A DNA stretch of 64,000 nucleotides. Origin: a virus. Positions 8,940 to 19,400 of this stretch are shown here, piece by piece. Both the position numbers and the translations under genes were made by a program. The notes under the pieces were generated by a model. That model was given only the letters and a program-made list of their open reading frames with translations. It was not told the origin of the DNA and searched no databases. The stretch is from IMG/VR virus record IMGVR_UViG_3300004369_000643, positions 38,595-102,594 of that record. One strand, 5' to 3'. Position 1 is the stretch's first letter, and every line of letters starts with the position of its first letter.

Positions 8940-9715
8940 ACGAGTCCGAGTGGAGAACTAAAACACTATACACTGTCAATTCTTTAGAAGAACAATTAAA
9001 CACCGCATTAGACAAAGTTTTTGATGAGCAAGAGCGTGTTGTTCTAGAAGAGTTGAATAGTGACGCCGTTAAAGCCGCTATTGCTAGCGGTTCGGTGCCC
9101 TTAATTATGTCCGCAATTCCCACGACTTTGCTGACTCCCACAACTGTTGGATTAGTTGCTGCTATGCTTGCTTCATATAACAAAGCAGTCACAGATAATG
9201 TTGAAGAGGGATATGGTGCTCCTGTTAGTCAGCAGACGGCAGATGCGGCGGCTTCGGAGCATTTAGCATCAGTAAATAATTTTAATTCAACAACCCAGCA
9301 GGAGGTTGCGTCTGCTTTGGTTGCTGCGTCGCAGTTGTCTGATGAAACTGATGGCGATATTGATATCGCTTTAAAAATTGCTTTGGCTTACTCGCTGATT
9401 AAGGCAGTTTTCAATAAACTCAGAACAAAGCGTAGAAAGTTGATTGTAGATGCTGCCGTACTTGGTACGTATAACCAAGGATTGTATGATTCTGCAACTG
9501 CCGAAGAGCAAAGATCAGGTAGAATTGTTCAGAAGCAGTGGATTTCTTTAATGGATGAGAGAGTTAGGTCTACTCATAGACAGTTACATGGGGATAAAGT
9601 TGCTGTCGGTACGCCTTTTATTGTTGATGGCGTGTCCATTAGATTCCCTAAAGACCCTTTGGCTCCTCCCGGTTTGACTATTAACTGCCGTTGCGTTTTA
9701 CGCTTCAGCAGGTAG
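8885..9715 (+). CDS. MuF (SPP1 gp7 / Phage_Mu_F)-like minor head domain, probably expressed as a portal fusion
   Basis: KQWISLMDERVRSTHRQLHG...PFIVDG..RFPKDP.APPGLTINCRC. The frame is open from 8885 with no ATG/GTG/TTG until a weak TTG at 9053. Confidence 0.85.
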   Translation, partial: EEPPFRTKTSIIGEPPLVDESEWRTKTLYTVNSLEEQLNTALDKVFDEQERVVLEELNSDAVKAAIASGSVPLIMSAIPTTLLTPTTVGLVAAMLASYNKAVTDNVEEGYGAPVSQQTADAAASEHLASVNNFNSTTQQEVASALVAASQLSDETDGDIDIALKIALAYSLIKAVFNKLRTKRRKLIVDAAVLGTYNQGLYDSATAEEQRSGRIVQKQWISLMDERVRSTHRQLHGDKVAVGTPFIVDGVSIRFPKDPLAPPGLTINCRCVLRFSR

Positions 9716-9806
9716 TTTATATATAAGTATTTATATAAAGCAGAGACTGGGTACCCAATAGGGTTTGTACAATATGACATAGGAGACTAGTCCTTAGAGG
9801 AGAGTT

Positions 9807-11372
9807 ATGACTGTTGCAGAACTAAATGACACCGAGCAAGATACCAGATTTAAGGCTATTTCAGGTCAGATTGGTATTGACAAGGCTCAGGGGATCGTAG
9901 AAGCGTTTGTTTCTGGTATTGGCAATAAAGATTCTGTCGGAGATATCGTTGTTGCTGGTGCCTTCAATGGTTCGCTCAAGCGTCGCAAACCACGAGTTGT
10001 TTGGGGGCACGACTGGAATCAACCCATTGGTAAAGTTATAGAGATTTATGAAGTCCCAAAGACTGATCCGAGATTGCCTGATAAGATGAAGCAGGCTGGT
10101 GTTGGCGGTTTGTTTGCAAAGGTTCAGTTCAATCTCAATACTGAGCGTGGACGTGAAGCATTTGCTAACGTAGCGTTTTACGGTAATGAGCAAGAGTGGT
10201 CAATCGGTTATAAGACCATTACTGCAGATTTTGATGCAGTTAAGCAGGCTAACGTTCTCAGAGAAGTAGAGTTGTATGAGATTTCTCCTGTCCTGCACGG
10301 AGCAAACCAGTTAACTGCAACTATCTCAGTAAAGGATGATGAAAAGGGCAAGGAGTCCAAAGGTTGGCAATCAGGTGACGACGACAAAGACGGGCCTGCC
10401 AGCAATATGGATGCGATGTCAGAGCGGCTGGGGCGTATGCTATCTCAGGCGCTAGGTAAGCCCGTTCAGATTATTCAAGCAGACGGAAATAATGTTGTAT
10501 TTCAAACAGGCGAAGACATGACATGGAGTGCTACCATTTCAGTAGAAAATGGGCAAGTTCAAGTCGGTCGGCCTACACGTGTAAAGCCCACTACAAGTTA
10601 TACCCCTGTTGGGGAGGAAGCGCCACCTTCAATGATGATTAAAGATACTGATGAAAAAAATGCCGAAGAGCCTGCTGGCGTTAGAAACGCTGACAACGAG
10701 CAAGGCTCGTGGGCAACTCCAGATATTGCTTTGGCTTGGTCAAAGACTCTGGGATGCTCAGGTTATCATTCCCACGGTGGAGGCTTTATGCCTTGTGAAA
10801 CCCACGAAGAATACTTAGAGGCTATTAAGAAGTTTGATGGTAATGCTAACATCAACTCCCACAATAATTACCTTGCTGGTGTTGAGGTTGAAGAAGCGAA
10901 AGACGCTGGATGTGGTTGCAGTACTTCCGAAAAGGGTCATGGCTACATGCGTAATGAAAAGCCTGAATATTTGAAAGATCCAATGGCGCTGCTGCTTATG
11001 GCCTATAACGAGATGCTTAAACTACGGGGTGCGGGCGAGTTGCGTGAGGCAACTCTCTCATTAATTGGTGCGGTTGAGAATTTTTTGACCGAAGCACCTA
11101 TGTCTCTTCCAAGTGAGCAGGGCGAGAAAGTAACCTCAGGTTTTGTTGTTCATGTTAAGTGTTCAGAACGTGAGGCTTTAAGTGTTAGTGGTGCTATGTC
11201 GTCACTTCCAGTATTCTCATTCAAGTCGGAAGATGGTGTTGATGTTCACTTCACTACCGAACTTGCGGAAGAAGAACTAATGGAAAAAGTTGCTATTTCG
11301 CTTGCCGGATTAGACTTTGATCCTGAGGTAACAGTAACCAGACCGATTGACACCGATGAAGGTGTTCAGTAA
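9807..11372 (+). CDS. HK97-type prohead protease (S78) with long C-terminal extension
   Basis: DSVGDIVVAGAF; WGHDW (His); WSIGY (Ser); LYEISPVLHGAN (Glu); SD GAGGAG. Confidence 0.92.
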   Translation: MTVAELNDTEQDTRFKAISGQIGIDKAQGIVEAFVSGIGNKDSVGDIVVAGAFNGSLKRRKPRVVWGHDWNQPIGKVIEIYEVPKTDPRLPDKMKQAGVGGLFAKVQFNLNTERGREAFANVAFYGNEQEWSIGYKTITADFDAVKQANVLREVELYEISPVLHGANQLTATISVKDDEKGKESKGWQSGDDDKDGPASNMDAMSERLGRMLSQALGKPVQIIQADGNNVVFQTGEDMTWSATISVENGQVQVGRPTRVKPTTSYTPVGEEAPPSMMIKDTDEKNAEEPAGVRNADNEQGSWATPDIALAWSKTLGCSGYHSHGGGFMPCETHEEYLEAIKKFDGNANINSHNNYLAGVEVEEAKDAGCGCSTSEKGHGYMRNEKPEYLKDPMALLLMAYNEMLKLRGAGELREATLSLIGAVENFLTEAPMSLPSEQGEKVTSGFVVHVKCSEREALSVSGAMSSLPVFSFKSEDGVDVHFTTELAEEELMEKVAISLAGLDFDPEVTVTRPIDTDEGVQ

Positions 11373-11402
11373 GATATTCTCTATAAGGATACAGGAGTAA
11401 AA

Positions 11403-13205
11403 ATGAGTGATAACCTTAATGAAGACCTTCAGAAGATGGAAGCCCTGAGCGAAGTCATTGATTCTGGGGAAAGCATGTCTGCCGAAGAAAAGGGTATGCA
11501 TGATATGAAGAAGAATGCGCCATCAGTTTTTATGACTGATATTCGTTTCAAGGAGTCCATGGAGGCCGGTGATTTGCTTACCGAAGAAGCCTATATGTCT
11601 TTGGATGCGGATGATCAGAAGGGCTATGAAATGGTTCAAGTAATGGATGAAAAGACCAAAGAGCCTATGGGTTGGGTTTTCCGCTTTAAGTCTGATGAAG
11701 ATGATGGCGAAGAGGCTGTTGAAGAGGCTGTCGAAGAGGCTGTCGAAGAGGCTGTTGAAGAGAAGTCAGAGACTTCAGATATTTCTGAAAAAGCGGCTGC
11801 TCTCATGGCACAAATGCGTTCAACTGATGATGATAAACCATCAATGTTCTTAACTGATGCTCGGTTTAAGGAAATGATGGAAGACGGAGAACTAGTTTCC
11901 TCTGAAGATTATGACGGTCTTGATGAAGACGCTAAGGGTGCTTACGAGGCTGTTGAAGTTTACGAAGAGGGTACCGGCAAGGGTTATGGTATGCGTTACC
12001 GCCGCCGCAGTCCTCTTGAGTTGACTTCAATGCGTAAGGGTCAGCACATGGACGAGAAGGCTGATGACGGTATGGAAGACATGTTTGATTCAGAAGAAGA
12101 AGCACTTGAGCGTGCGGCTACTCTGGGTTGTGAAGGCGTTCATCGTGCCGGTGAGAAGTTTATGCCTTGTGCATCACACGATGATTGGATGAAGTTGAGC
12201 AAGCCTGCAGAAGAAGAAGCACCCGCTCCTGCTGCCCCTGCTGCTCCTTCTGCTCCTGCTGCTCCTGCAGACGCTGGCATGAAGTCAGAAGAAGAGTTCC
12301 TTTGTGGATTCCAGCGTAAGTCAGTTACGCAATCATGTGAATTTTGCTCAGGTGGTTGCGCACCGCAAGACGGTCTACCCGGATTGGCTGATATTGAGAA
12401 TCAAGTTAAGTCAGATTATGAGGGTTCTGAGATCATTAGTTCAGGATACTCTGCAGGTGACGACGTTTTCGTTGTAGACGTTAAGCGTGCTGATGGATCA
12501 TTCATTGAAGTGTTCTTGACCGGTGAAGGTGAAGAACTAGGATGGTTGCGTTTAGATGAGAGTGCAATTGAGGGCAAGTCCGCTGAAGCAATTGAAGTTG
12601 TTTCTAAGTCAGACGCTGAATTGACAGCATCAAAAGCCATTAGCGACATGGGAATTAAGGCTGAAGTCATGAGTGTTACCGTTGACATCTTCGCAGACGA
12701 AGATGTTTATGTTGTGGAACTTGATGCGGAAGAGAAGAGTTACGATGTGTTCATTTCAGCAGACGGCAAGGTTCTAGGCTACGATGAATATGAGTACGAC
12801 ACTCCTGCCTCATATGAACTTTCTGAAGAGGAAGAGATTAAGGCAATTGAAGCCGAACTAGAAATTAAGCGGATGTACTCTCGTGAACAGCGTGAGGCTA
12901 TGGCTGAATCTGGTGAGGCTCTTCCCGACGGATCATTCCCCATTGCGGACGAAGCCGACCTTAGTAATGCTATCCAAGCACTCGGACGTGCGTCTGATCC
13001 AGAAGCGGCTAAGGCACACATTATGAAGCGTGCTACAGAACTTAAGTTAGAGGATATGATCCCTTCAGATTGGAGCGATGGTGATTCACCTGCTCCAGCA
13101 TCTGCACCAAAAGAAACAGACGCAGAAGAGAAGGGTTTGGACGAAGATATCCTTAAAGCAATGGAAGAGTTCAATAGCCTTTTGGAAAGTGACGAACTTT
13201 CTTGA
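11403..13205 (+). CDS. Acidic modular head-associated (scaffold/internal) protein
   Basis: Internal ~58-aa duplication; GCxGxH..MPC motif; PepSY-like repeats; PDGSFPI...NAIQA module; lies between protease and capsid. Confidence 0.65.
   Translation: MSDNLNEDLQKMEALSEVIDSGESMSAEEKGMHDMKKNAPSVFMTDIRFKESMEAGDLLTEEAYMSLDADDQKGYEMVQVMDEKTKEPMGWVFRFKSDEDDGEEAVEEAVEEAVEEAVEEKSETSDISEKAAALMAQMRSTDDDKPSMFLTDARFKEMMEDGELVSSEDYDGLDEDAKGAYEAVEVYEEGTGKGYGMRYRRRSPLELTSMRKGQHMDEKADDGMEDMFDSEEEALERAATLGCEGVHRAGEKFMPCASHDDWMKLSKPAEEEAPAPAAPAAPSAPAAPADAGMKSEEEFLCGFQRKSVTQSCEFCSGGCAPQDGLPGLADIENQVKSDYEGSEIISSGYSAGDDVFVVDVKRADGSFIEVFLTGEGEELGWLRLDESAIEGKSAEAIEVVSKSDAELTASKAISDMGIKAEVMSVTVDIFADEDVYVVELDAEEKSYDVFISADGKVLGYDEYEYDTPASYELSEEEEIKAIEAELEIKRMYSREQREAMAESGEALPDGSFPIADEADLSNAIQALGRASDPEAAKAHIMKRATELKLEDMIPSDWSDGDSPAPASAPKETDAEEKGLDEDILKAMEEFNSLLESDELS
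11709..11762 (+). repeat. 12-bp coding tandem repeat (EEAV x4.5)
   Basis: GAAGAGGCTGTY x4 + GAAGAG. Confidence 0.9.
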
Positions 13206-13223
13206 TACTCTAGGAGGCATAAA

Positions 13224-13403
13224 ATGCAGCCTAGCCAAGTGATACAGAGAATTGCTGCCGCTAACCAAACTTTAGCAGAATTAGGAGCATATGCTGTTCT
13301 TGGTGACCACGTTAGAGATAACGAGGTAGAATATCTGTATAGAGACGGATTAGAGCATGTCTTTAGTCCCTTAGAAACCACTGGGGATTCGGATGACGAT
13401 TGA
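13224..13403 (+). CDS. Small hypothetical protein (59 aa, not in ORF track)
   Basis: SD AGGAGG; MQPSQVIQRIAAANQTLAELGAYAVLGDHVRDNEVEYLYRDGLEHVFSPLETTGDSDDD; fills the gap and overlaps the next start. Confidence 0.75.
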   Translation: MQPSQVIQRIAAANQTLAELGAYAVLGDHVRDNEVEYLYRDGLEHVFSPLETTGDSDDD

Positions 13404-16400
13404 GTTTAAAGCGCCCGAAATAGGTCCAAATGCCGATGCGCTGACCAGCCTTACACGAGGCCGAGGGCCACGTAGAGGCAACTTAGAAGACCTACTGAAG
13501 TATTGGCGTCCTATCATGAAGAAGCCGGGTGGATTCCGTAGGTGTGTTGTCATTTTAATGGATAAGCCCCAGTTTGGTGGAAAGCCTCAGCGCATTTGTG
13601 CTTGGCTTCACCACGAACTTACAGGTAAGTGGCCAAATGAAGGTAAGGGCAAGAAGGGTAGCCGCAGTCGTAAGAAGCGCCGTGGGCGTTCAGTTACTCG
13701 TAGGGTAAGGTCTGCGGGTAAGAAGTCTTTGATGGGTATGTCACCTTTGACTGAGGTTACTTCTTTGCGTATGGCTATTCGTGAGTCTCGTGAGTTTGGC
13801 GGAATTTTGGTTCAACCAATTGCGGGTAGGCAGAATGCTGTAGAAATGAAAGCGGCTATGTTCCTGCGCCACTCAGAATCTTTACCTTTGTTTGCTGGAA
13901 ATGACGTTAAGCGGGTTGGTACTGTTGGTTCTTCTAGTGGTTTGGGGCAGGCCGCTCAGGCTGCGGGTAGTATTATTCTTCCGGGTGATTTGTCTGACAT
14001 TCGTAGTCCTATCCGTTCGCAAATTTATGAAACTTTAACTCCGGGCGGTGGTGGAAGCATTCGCCGTCCTAGTGCTCGTCGCTTATTGAGAGGTACGGGT
14101 CGTGGTGCTCGTAATAAGTTTAGGTGTCCTCCGGGTTTTGAAAAGGGCGGAACTTTTACTAATTCTGAGTTCTCTACTTGTGGTGCGCAGATTTTAGGTA
14201 TTGCTAGTTCAGGCCCCGGTTCGCCCACAGCAGAGGCAAACAATAGGCTTTCACGTTTAGCGAACACTGCTGGCTTGGTTAATGAGATTGGTGATCTCCG
14301 TAAGAATACTAATGCTGTAGATATTATCCGTGCTGCTCAAATTCCTGCTGCCCCCAAGAAGGGTAGCCCAACTCGTGCCCAGACTTCAATTGACTTAGTT
14401 CTTTCTCGTTACACTGAAGAAGATTTCCCAACTAAAGTTGTTAGGCGAGACGGTGTTATTTTGGAGCCTGTTGTTTCGGTTGAAGCGCTTGGACGCTTAA
14501 ATGAGTTTGACGACATGGCAGATGGTAGCCTTATTGAAAAGTATGAAGCAGGTCAGATTGGTGCGGCAACTGTTCCTGCATTTAGTGCTGGATTGCGCAA
14601 TGTGTTTGTTTCCGTTCCAGATGCTGGTGCTGTTAAGATTAGTCGTGTAGGCGGAGAAATTTCAGATCAGGAACGGGCAGGCTTGTTACGTTCGTTTTCT
14701 GCGGGTATATCTAGAAGCGCTGATTTACCTGATCCTTCCGCTGCTGTCCGTTCGTGGGCTGACGGCTCTGACGGTAGATTTACTGTTGAGTTTGGTGCGA
14801 TTACAGATAACGGTTTTAGTGTTCAAGATGATAAGAATGAGTTGATCATGGTATCCACTGCTGGTGGCAAATCTCAAACTGTTCCTCGCTGGGTTTATGA
14901 AACTTTCCTGTCTCGTTCTGCACCTCGCCGTGCAAAGGATGCCCCTATTTTTGAAATTGTTTCTGACGAAAGTCCTCTAGAAAAAAGTGTTTCACCATTT
15001 TATTTCTCGAAAAAGTCAGTAACTCCTACTAGTGATTTAAGTGATGTTTTAGATGCGCAGGATTATTACTTATCAATTAATAGTAAAGTTAAAGCATTTT
15101 CTTATTTGACTGAAGTTGAAGTTAAGGCTCCTAGGCGTGGAGGTTTGGGTCGTCGTCTTGGTCGTGGTGGTCGGGCTGTTGGTGGGCGTAGTCGTGCAGT
15201 ATTCGACGGCGCTTCAGGTAGGTATCGTTGTCCTCCGGGCACCCGTTATGGTGGTCGATTCTCAGATCAGTTTGGACGTAATTGCGGCTACTCACTTCCA
15301 CGAGGTGTAGTTAATAATCTTGTTGATTTCGGTATGCGGGTTGAGGACGCAATGGAACGTCGGCGTACCCGCCGAGGCGTAGACACTACTCCGGGTGACG
15401 GTCGCACAAATCTTAAGCCAGAGACTGTTACGCTTTTTGATGATGCCATTGGTAGAGTAGAAGCCGCTACAGGAGATTTAAGTAGAGTCTTTGAGAAGAC
15501 AGAGGGCGCTCAAGGTGGTACATTAGGCCGCACTATTGGTGAGGCTCGGCGTGATGTTGATTTAACTCCTGAAGAGCGTGAGTTACTTGAAGGTGAGGCA
15601 TTGGCCGATGCGTTAGAGAATCTACGTGATGTTTTAAATAACGAGGATTTAAACAACGCCAATATCGATGAAATCCGTAAGGCGTATAAGGCTGTTGAGA
15701 AGGCTGCTAACATCGAAGCGGGTCGTCTGACTGATAATCCTCCACGCACACCAGATCAACGTACATTGTCTCAAAAGATTTTAGACTTCTTGAAAGAAGT
15801 TCTCTTCCGTCTGTTGGGTATATGGAATGAAGATGATGAGCGTCGGCGCATTGGCGGCGGTGTAGACACTCGTCCCGGTGATGGTGATGCTGATGTGCCG
15901 GGAAGTCGTCCTCGTGTTCCGGGTGGAGGACAGAGCCGTCCTCGTATTCCTGTAGATAATGATCAAGGTCGTCCTCGGATTCCTCTAGATAATGATCAAC
16001 GGCGTCCTCGTATTCCTTTAAGTTTGGATGATGCTGTTCGCAGTGATTCAGATGATCGGGATTCTTTAGAGGCGATTTTGAATGAGTTTCGTGATCGTGC
16101 TGAAGAATACGAGGTTGCTGGCGGTGGAATGACTGCTGATTTTGTTGAGTCATTAGACGACAAAGATTTGGATAGATATACTCAAGCATTTGAAGATGCT
16201 GCAAGACTGTTAGCGGATGATCCAGCATTTGATGATATTAACGACGCTTTAAATCGTCTGCGTGGTGAGCGAGATCGTCGGGACAGGCAACGCAGTCTAG
16301 TTAATGCCGATCTTCGTGAACGCTTTGATTTAGATAGCGAAGATGGTCTTGCTGACGCTATTGAACACTTTGAAGACCTTGCCGATGAGTATGAGGCAGC

Positions 16401-19400
16401 AGATATCATGACTGCTGACTTCTTTGAACGTTTGAACGACGATGAAATTGCGTTCTTCCAAGACGTGTTTGATAGGGCTATAGATAACATTGGGGACAAT
16501 GAAGACGGCGCATTTGATGCGATTGCTCGACGTTTAGAAGATGAACGCTCACGCCGTGATCAATTGAATAGAGAAGATTTCAGTAAGGAAGATTACAATT
16601 TAGTTCTTAAAGAAATGAATGCACATATGAAGCGGTTTGAGGTTGCTGGCGGTGGAATGACCGCTGACTTCTTTGATGCCGTTTCAGATGATGACCTGAT
16701 TAAGTATCGTCGTGCTGTTCGTGATGGTTTAGATGCTGATGCTTTTGATGGTGAAAATCGTGAAGCATTACAGGAACTCTTAGGGCGTATGGACGGAGAG
16801 TTTGATCGTCGCTTTAAAGGCCCCGGCAAGCGTCCTCGTATTGAGTCAGAAGAAAACAAAATTGAAGATAAGTTTACTTTAGATGGTGATGCCGATCTTG
16901 CTGCTGCTATTAAAGAGTGGGAAAGGCGTGCCGCCGACTTTGAAGTTACTGGTGGTGGAATGACTCAAGATTTAGTTGAGTCACTAAGTAATGAAGAACT
17001 TATTTTCTTTGAAGATGCTCACATCCGCTTAAAGGAGCGTATGGGAGAATTTGATTCTTTCGATCCCGCTGATTTAGATGAGATAATTAATCGCCTTCGT
17101 GGTGAGCGTGAGCGTCGTGGATTTAATTCATGGGGGCAAGGATCAGAGCCTGATCAGCGTTCGCTGATAAATGTCAATAACCGCTTCCCACGAAACGGTT
17201 TACCTAATCGTGCTTATTGGCGGGATGACAATTATGACGGTGATGATGCTGCTGAGTTAGATCGACGGTTTGGTCGTTACTATGATGGTAACAATATGCT
17301 GAATGATAGGGGTCGCTCTGTTAATCGCCGTTTGGGTCGTGATAGTGATTCTAATGCACCTGACGTTGCGCCTGATGGCGATAGTCCTGACGATCCAGAT
17401 AATCTTAGCAGGTTCTCTGATGATGAACTTAGAGCATTACTTGCTGATGATAATGCTGAATTACCTTTCAATATCCAACGCATTTCTGATGATGACTTAA
17501 GGCGTATAGAGCAAATTGGTGACGAGTTTGGCTCATCAGAAGAGATTACAGCAACAAACGGAATATTTAGGCGTCCATTAAATAATGTCCGAATTGTTGC
17601 GGAGGAAGTAAATAGGGGGCTGAATGGTGAGCGAGATCCGAACCGTTTAGGTGCAGGTACACCTGATGCGTCTCGGCCTGACATTCCTTCACCGCTTTCC
17701 GATAATAACTTTAATTCTGGCCGTAGGCTACGTCAGCCTATAAGAGCAATTGATGATGCCGATGATAATCAGTTAAATAACTTGCGTGGCGCTATGCAGC
17801 GTGAGTTTGCAAATTCGTATAACGAGTGGGTTGCTGAGTTAGGGATTGCAGGTGTCGCTTCGGAAGATGTATCGTTTACTAGGATTAAAGAATATATTGA
17901 CGGTATTCAAGATGTTGATAGGCGTCGTCTATTAGAGATGAGATTGGCTGACTTACGAGAGTTGAATGAGGGTGTACGTAAGTTAAATCAGGGTGATGAT
18001 ACTCGTGAAGTTCTTAGAGATCATTTAGGCAGGATATCGGTTGTTCGTAGAGCGAGCGTTATGAATTTGATTGACAACGACGATGCTAACGTTCCTAATG
18101 TTCCTGATGAACCATTTGTTGAATCTTTGATTCCTAGTGATAATCCTCTTGAGGGTAGAAGACGGGTACGGGATGCTGGATTAAAGTATGATCAAGAAGG
18201 TAATTCTTTCTTAGCGAACATGGATTTTAATGATCTTGGTCAACTATTTGATGATATAAAAGCGGCAGAGATCGATGGCGAGGTTTTAGCGCCTAGGTTC
18301 CGTGATACTGTTAGAGCGGAATATAACTTTAGGCTGAGAACAAATGACGGGGATTACGATGCTTTAGTTGCCCGTTTGGAAGGAATGTCTGACGAAAGCC
18401 TAGAAGAAATGGCTACTCGTGACATAGACTTTAGAGTTATTAGACTACGTGGGGGTAATGACAATGGTAGTCCTCCGAGCCGTGCAGCCTTGGCTCAAGC
18501 AGATAGATTAATTGAGGCCAAAGAGCGACGTGAGAGAAATCTGCGTGAAAGAATTCCTACAGGCACTATAGATGTTCCTGAAGATGGCAGCATCCGTGAT
18601 CGGGTTGGTGCAGTTTTGGGTGAGGGTGCTGTTGATATGGATGACAGAGCAGCAGAAGCCTTCTTACGCAGCCTGTCTTTTGAAGAATTTACACGTTTGT
18701 TGGAACGTAAAATGAATATGATGCCAGCATTTGATGATATAGACGACGAAGATTATATCGTTCTTTCTCAGATTGGGCAGCGTATAACTCGTGAAAAAGA
18801 TAGGCGAGAGCACGTTCGAAGGTTCCAGTTAGACGTACCAATAAGCCAGCGTTCAAACGAGGCTTTAGATAAGTATGAAACCTATTTTAATGAGTTGCTT
18901 GGTAGGCTTCCTGACGGTAACGCAAATTTTGAGCGGGTGCGAGACGAGATTCGTCGTGAGAAGCGAGCGAGAATTTTTGCACAGTCACCTAGCGTTATTG
19001 ATTTAGAAGATGAGGGTAGTTCATTAGTAGATGCGTTCGTACCTGATGCGCCGGGTTCTGGAGATATCGAAGACCTTGAGAAGTTCTTTGCTAATCGTGC
19101 GCTTCACGACGTTATGTCTACTCGTGATATGTTGAGAGTAAGAGATAGGATTCAGAATAGCCCTAATCTTACTCAAGATGAGTCTACGGCCTTGTTGCGT
19201 ACTTGGGATGATCGTATGCGTAACAGAGGTTTGAATTTTGAAAGAAATCTGCCTATAGATCAGCGGTCGGCTGATGCGCTACAACGGCATATAGACTTTT
19301 TGAATACACGAATGGAAATCCGTGATGCAGATGGTAACAGGGATATTGCGGTGGTGCAGGCATATGAAAATGCTATTTCTCTTTTAAGTAAACAGCGTGA

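Noticed and set aside
9053-9715. MuF as a standalone gene starting at TTG 9053
   Set aside because: Weak start context, with 56 plausible codons upstream in frame. A frameshift fusion explains it better, though the standalone start is not excluded.
11709-11762. CRISPR-like or DGR-type repeat
   Set aside because: It is a simple in-frame 12-bp tandem repeat without spacers; no cas or reverse transcriptase gene is in the window.
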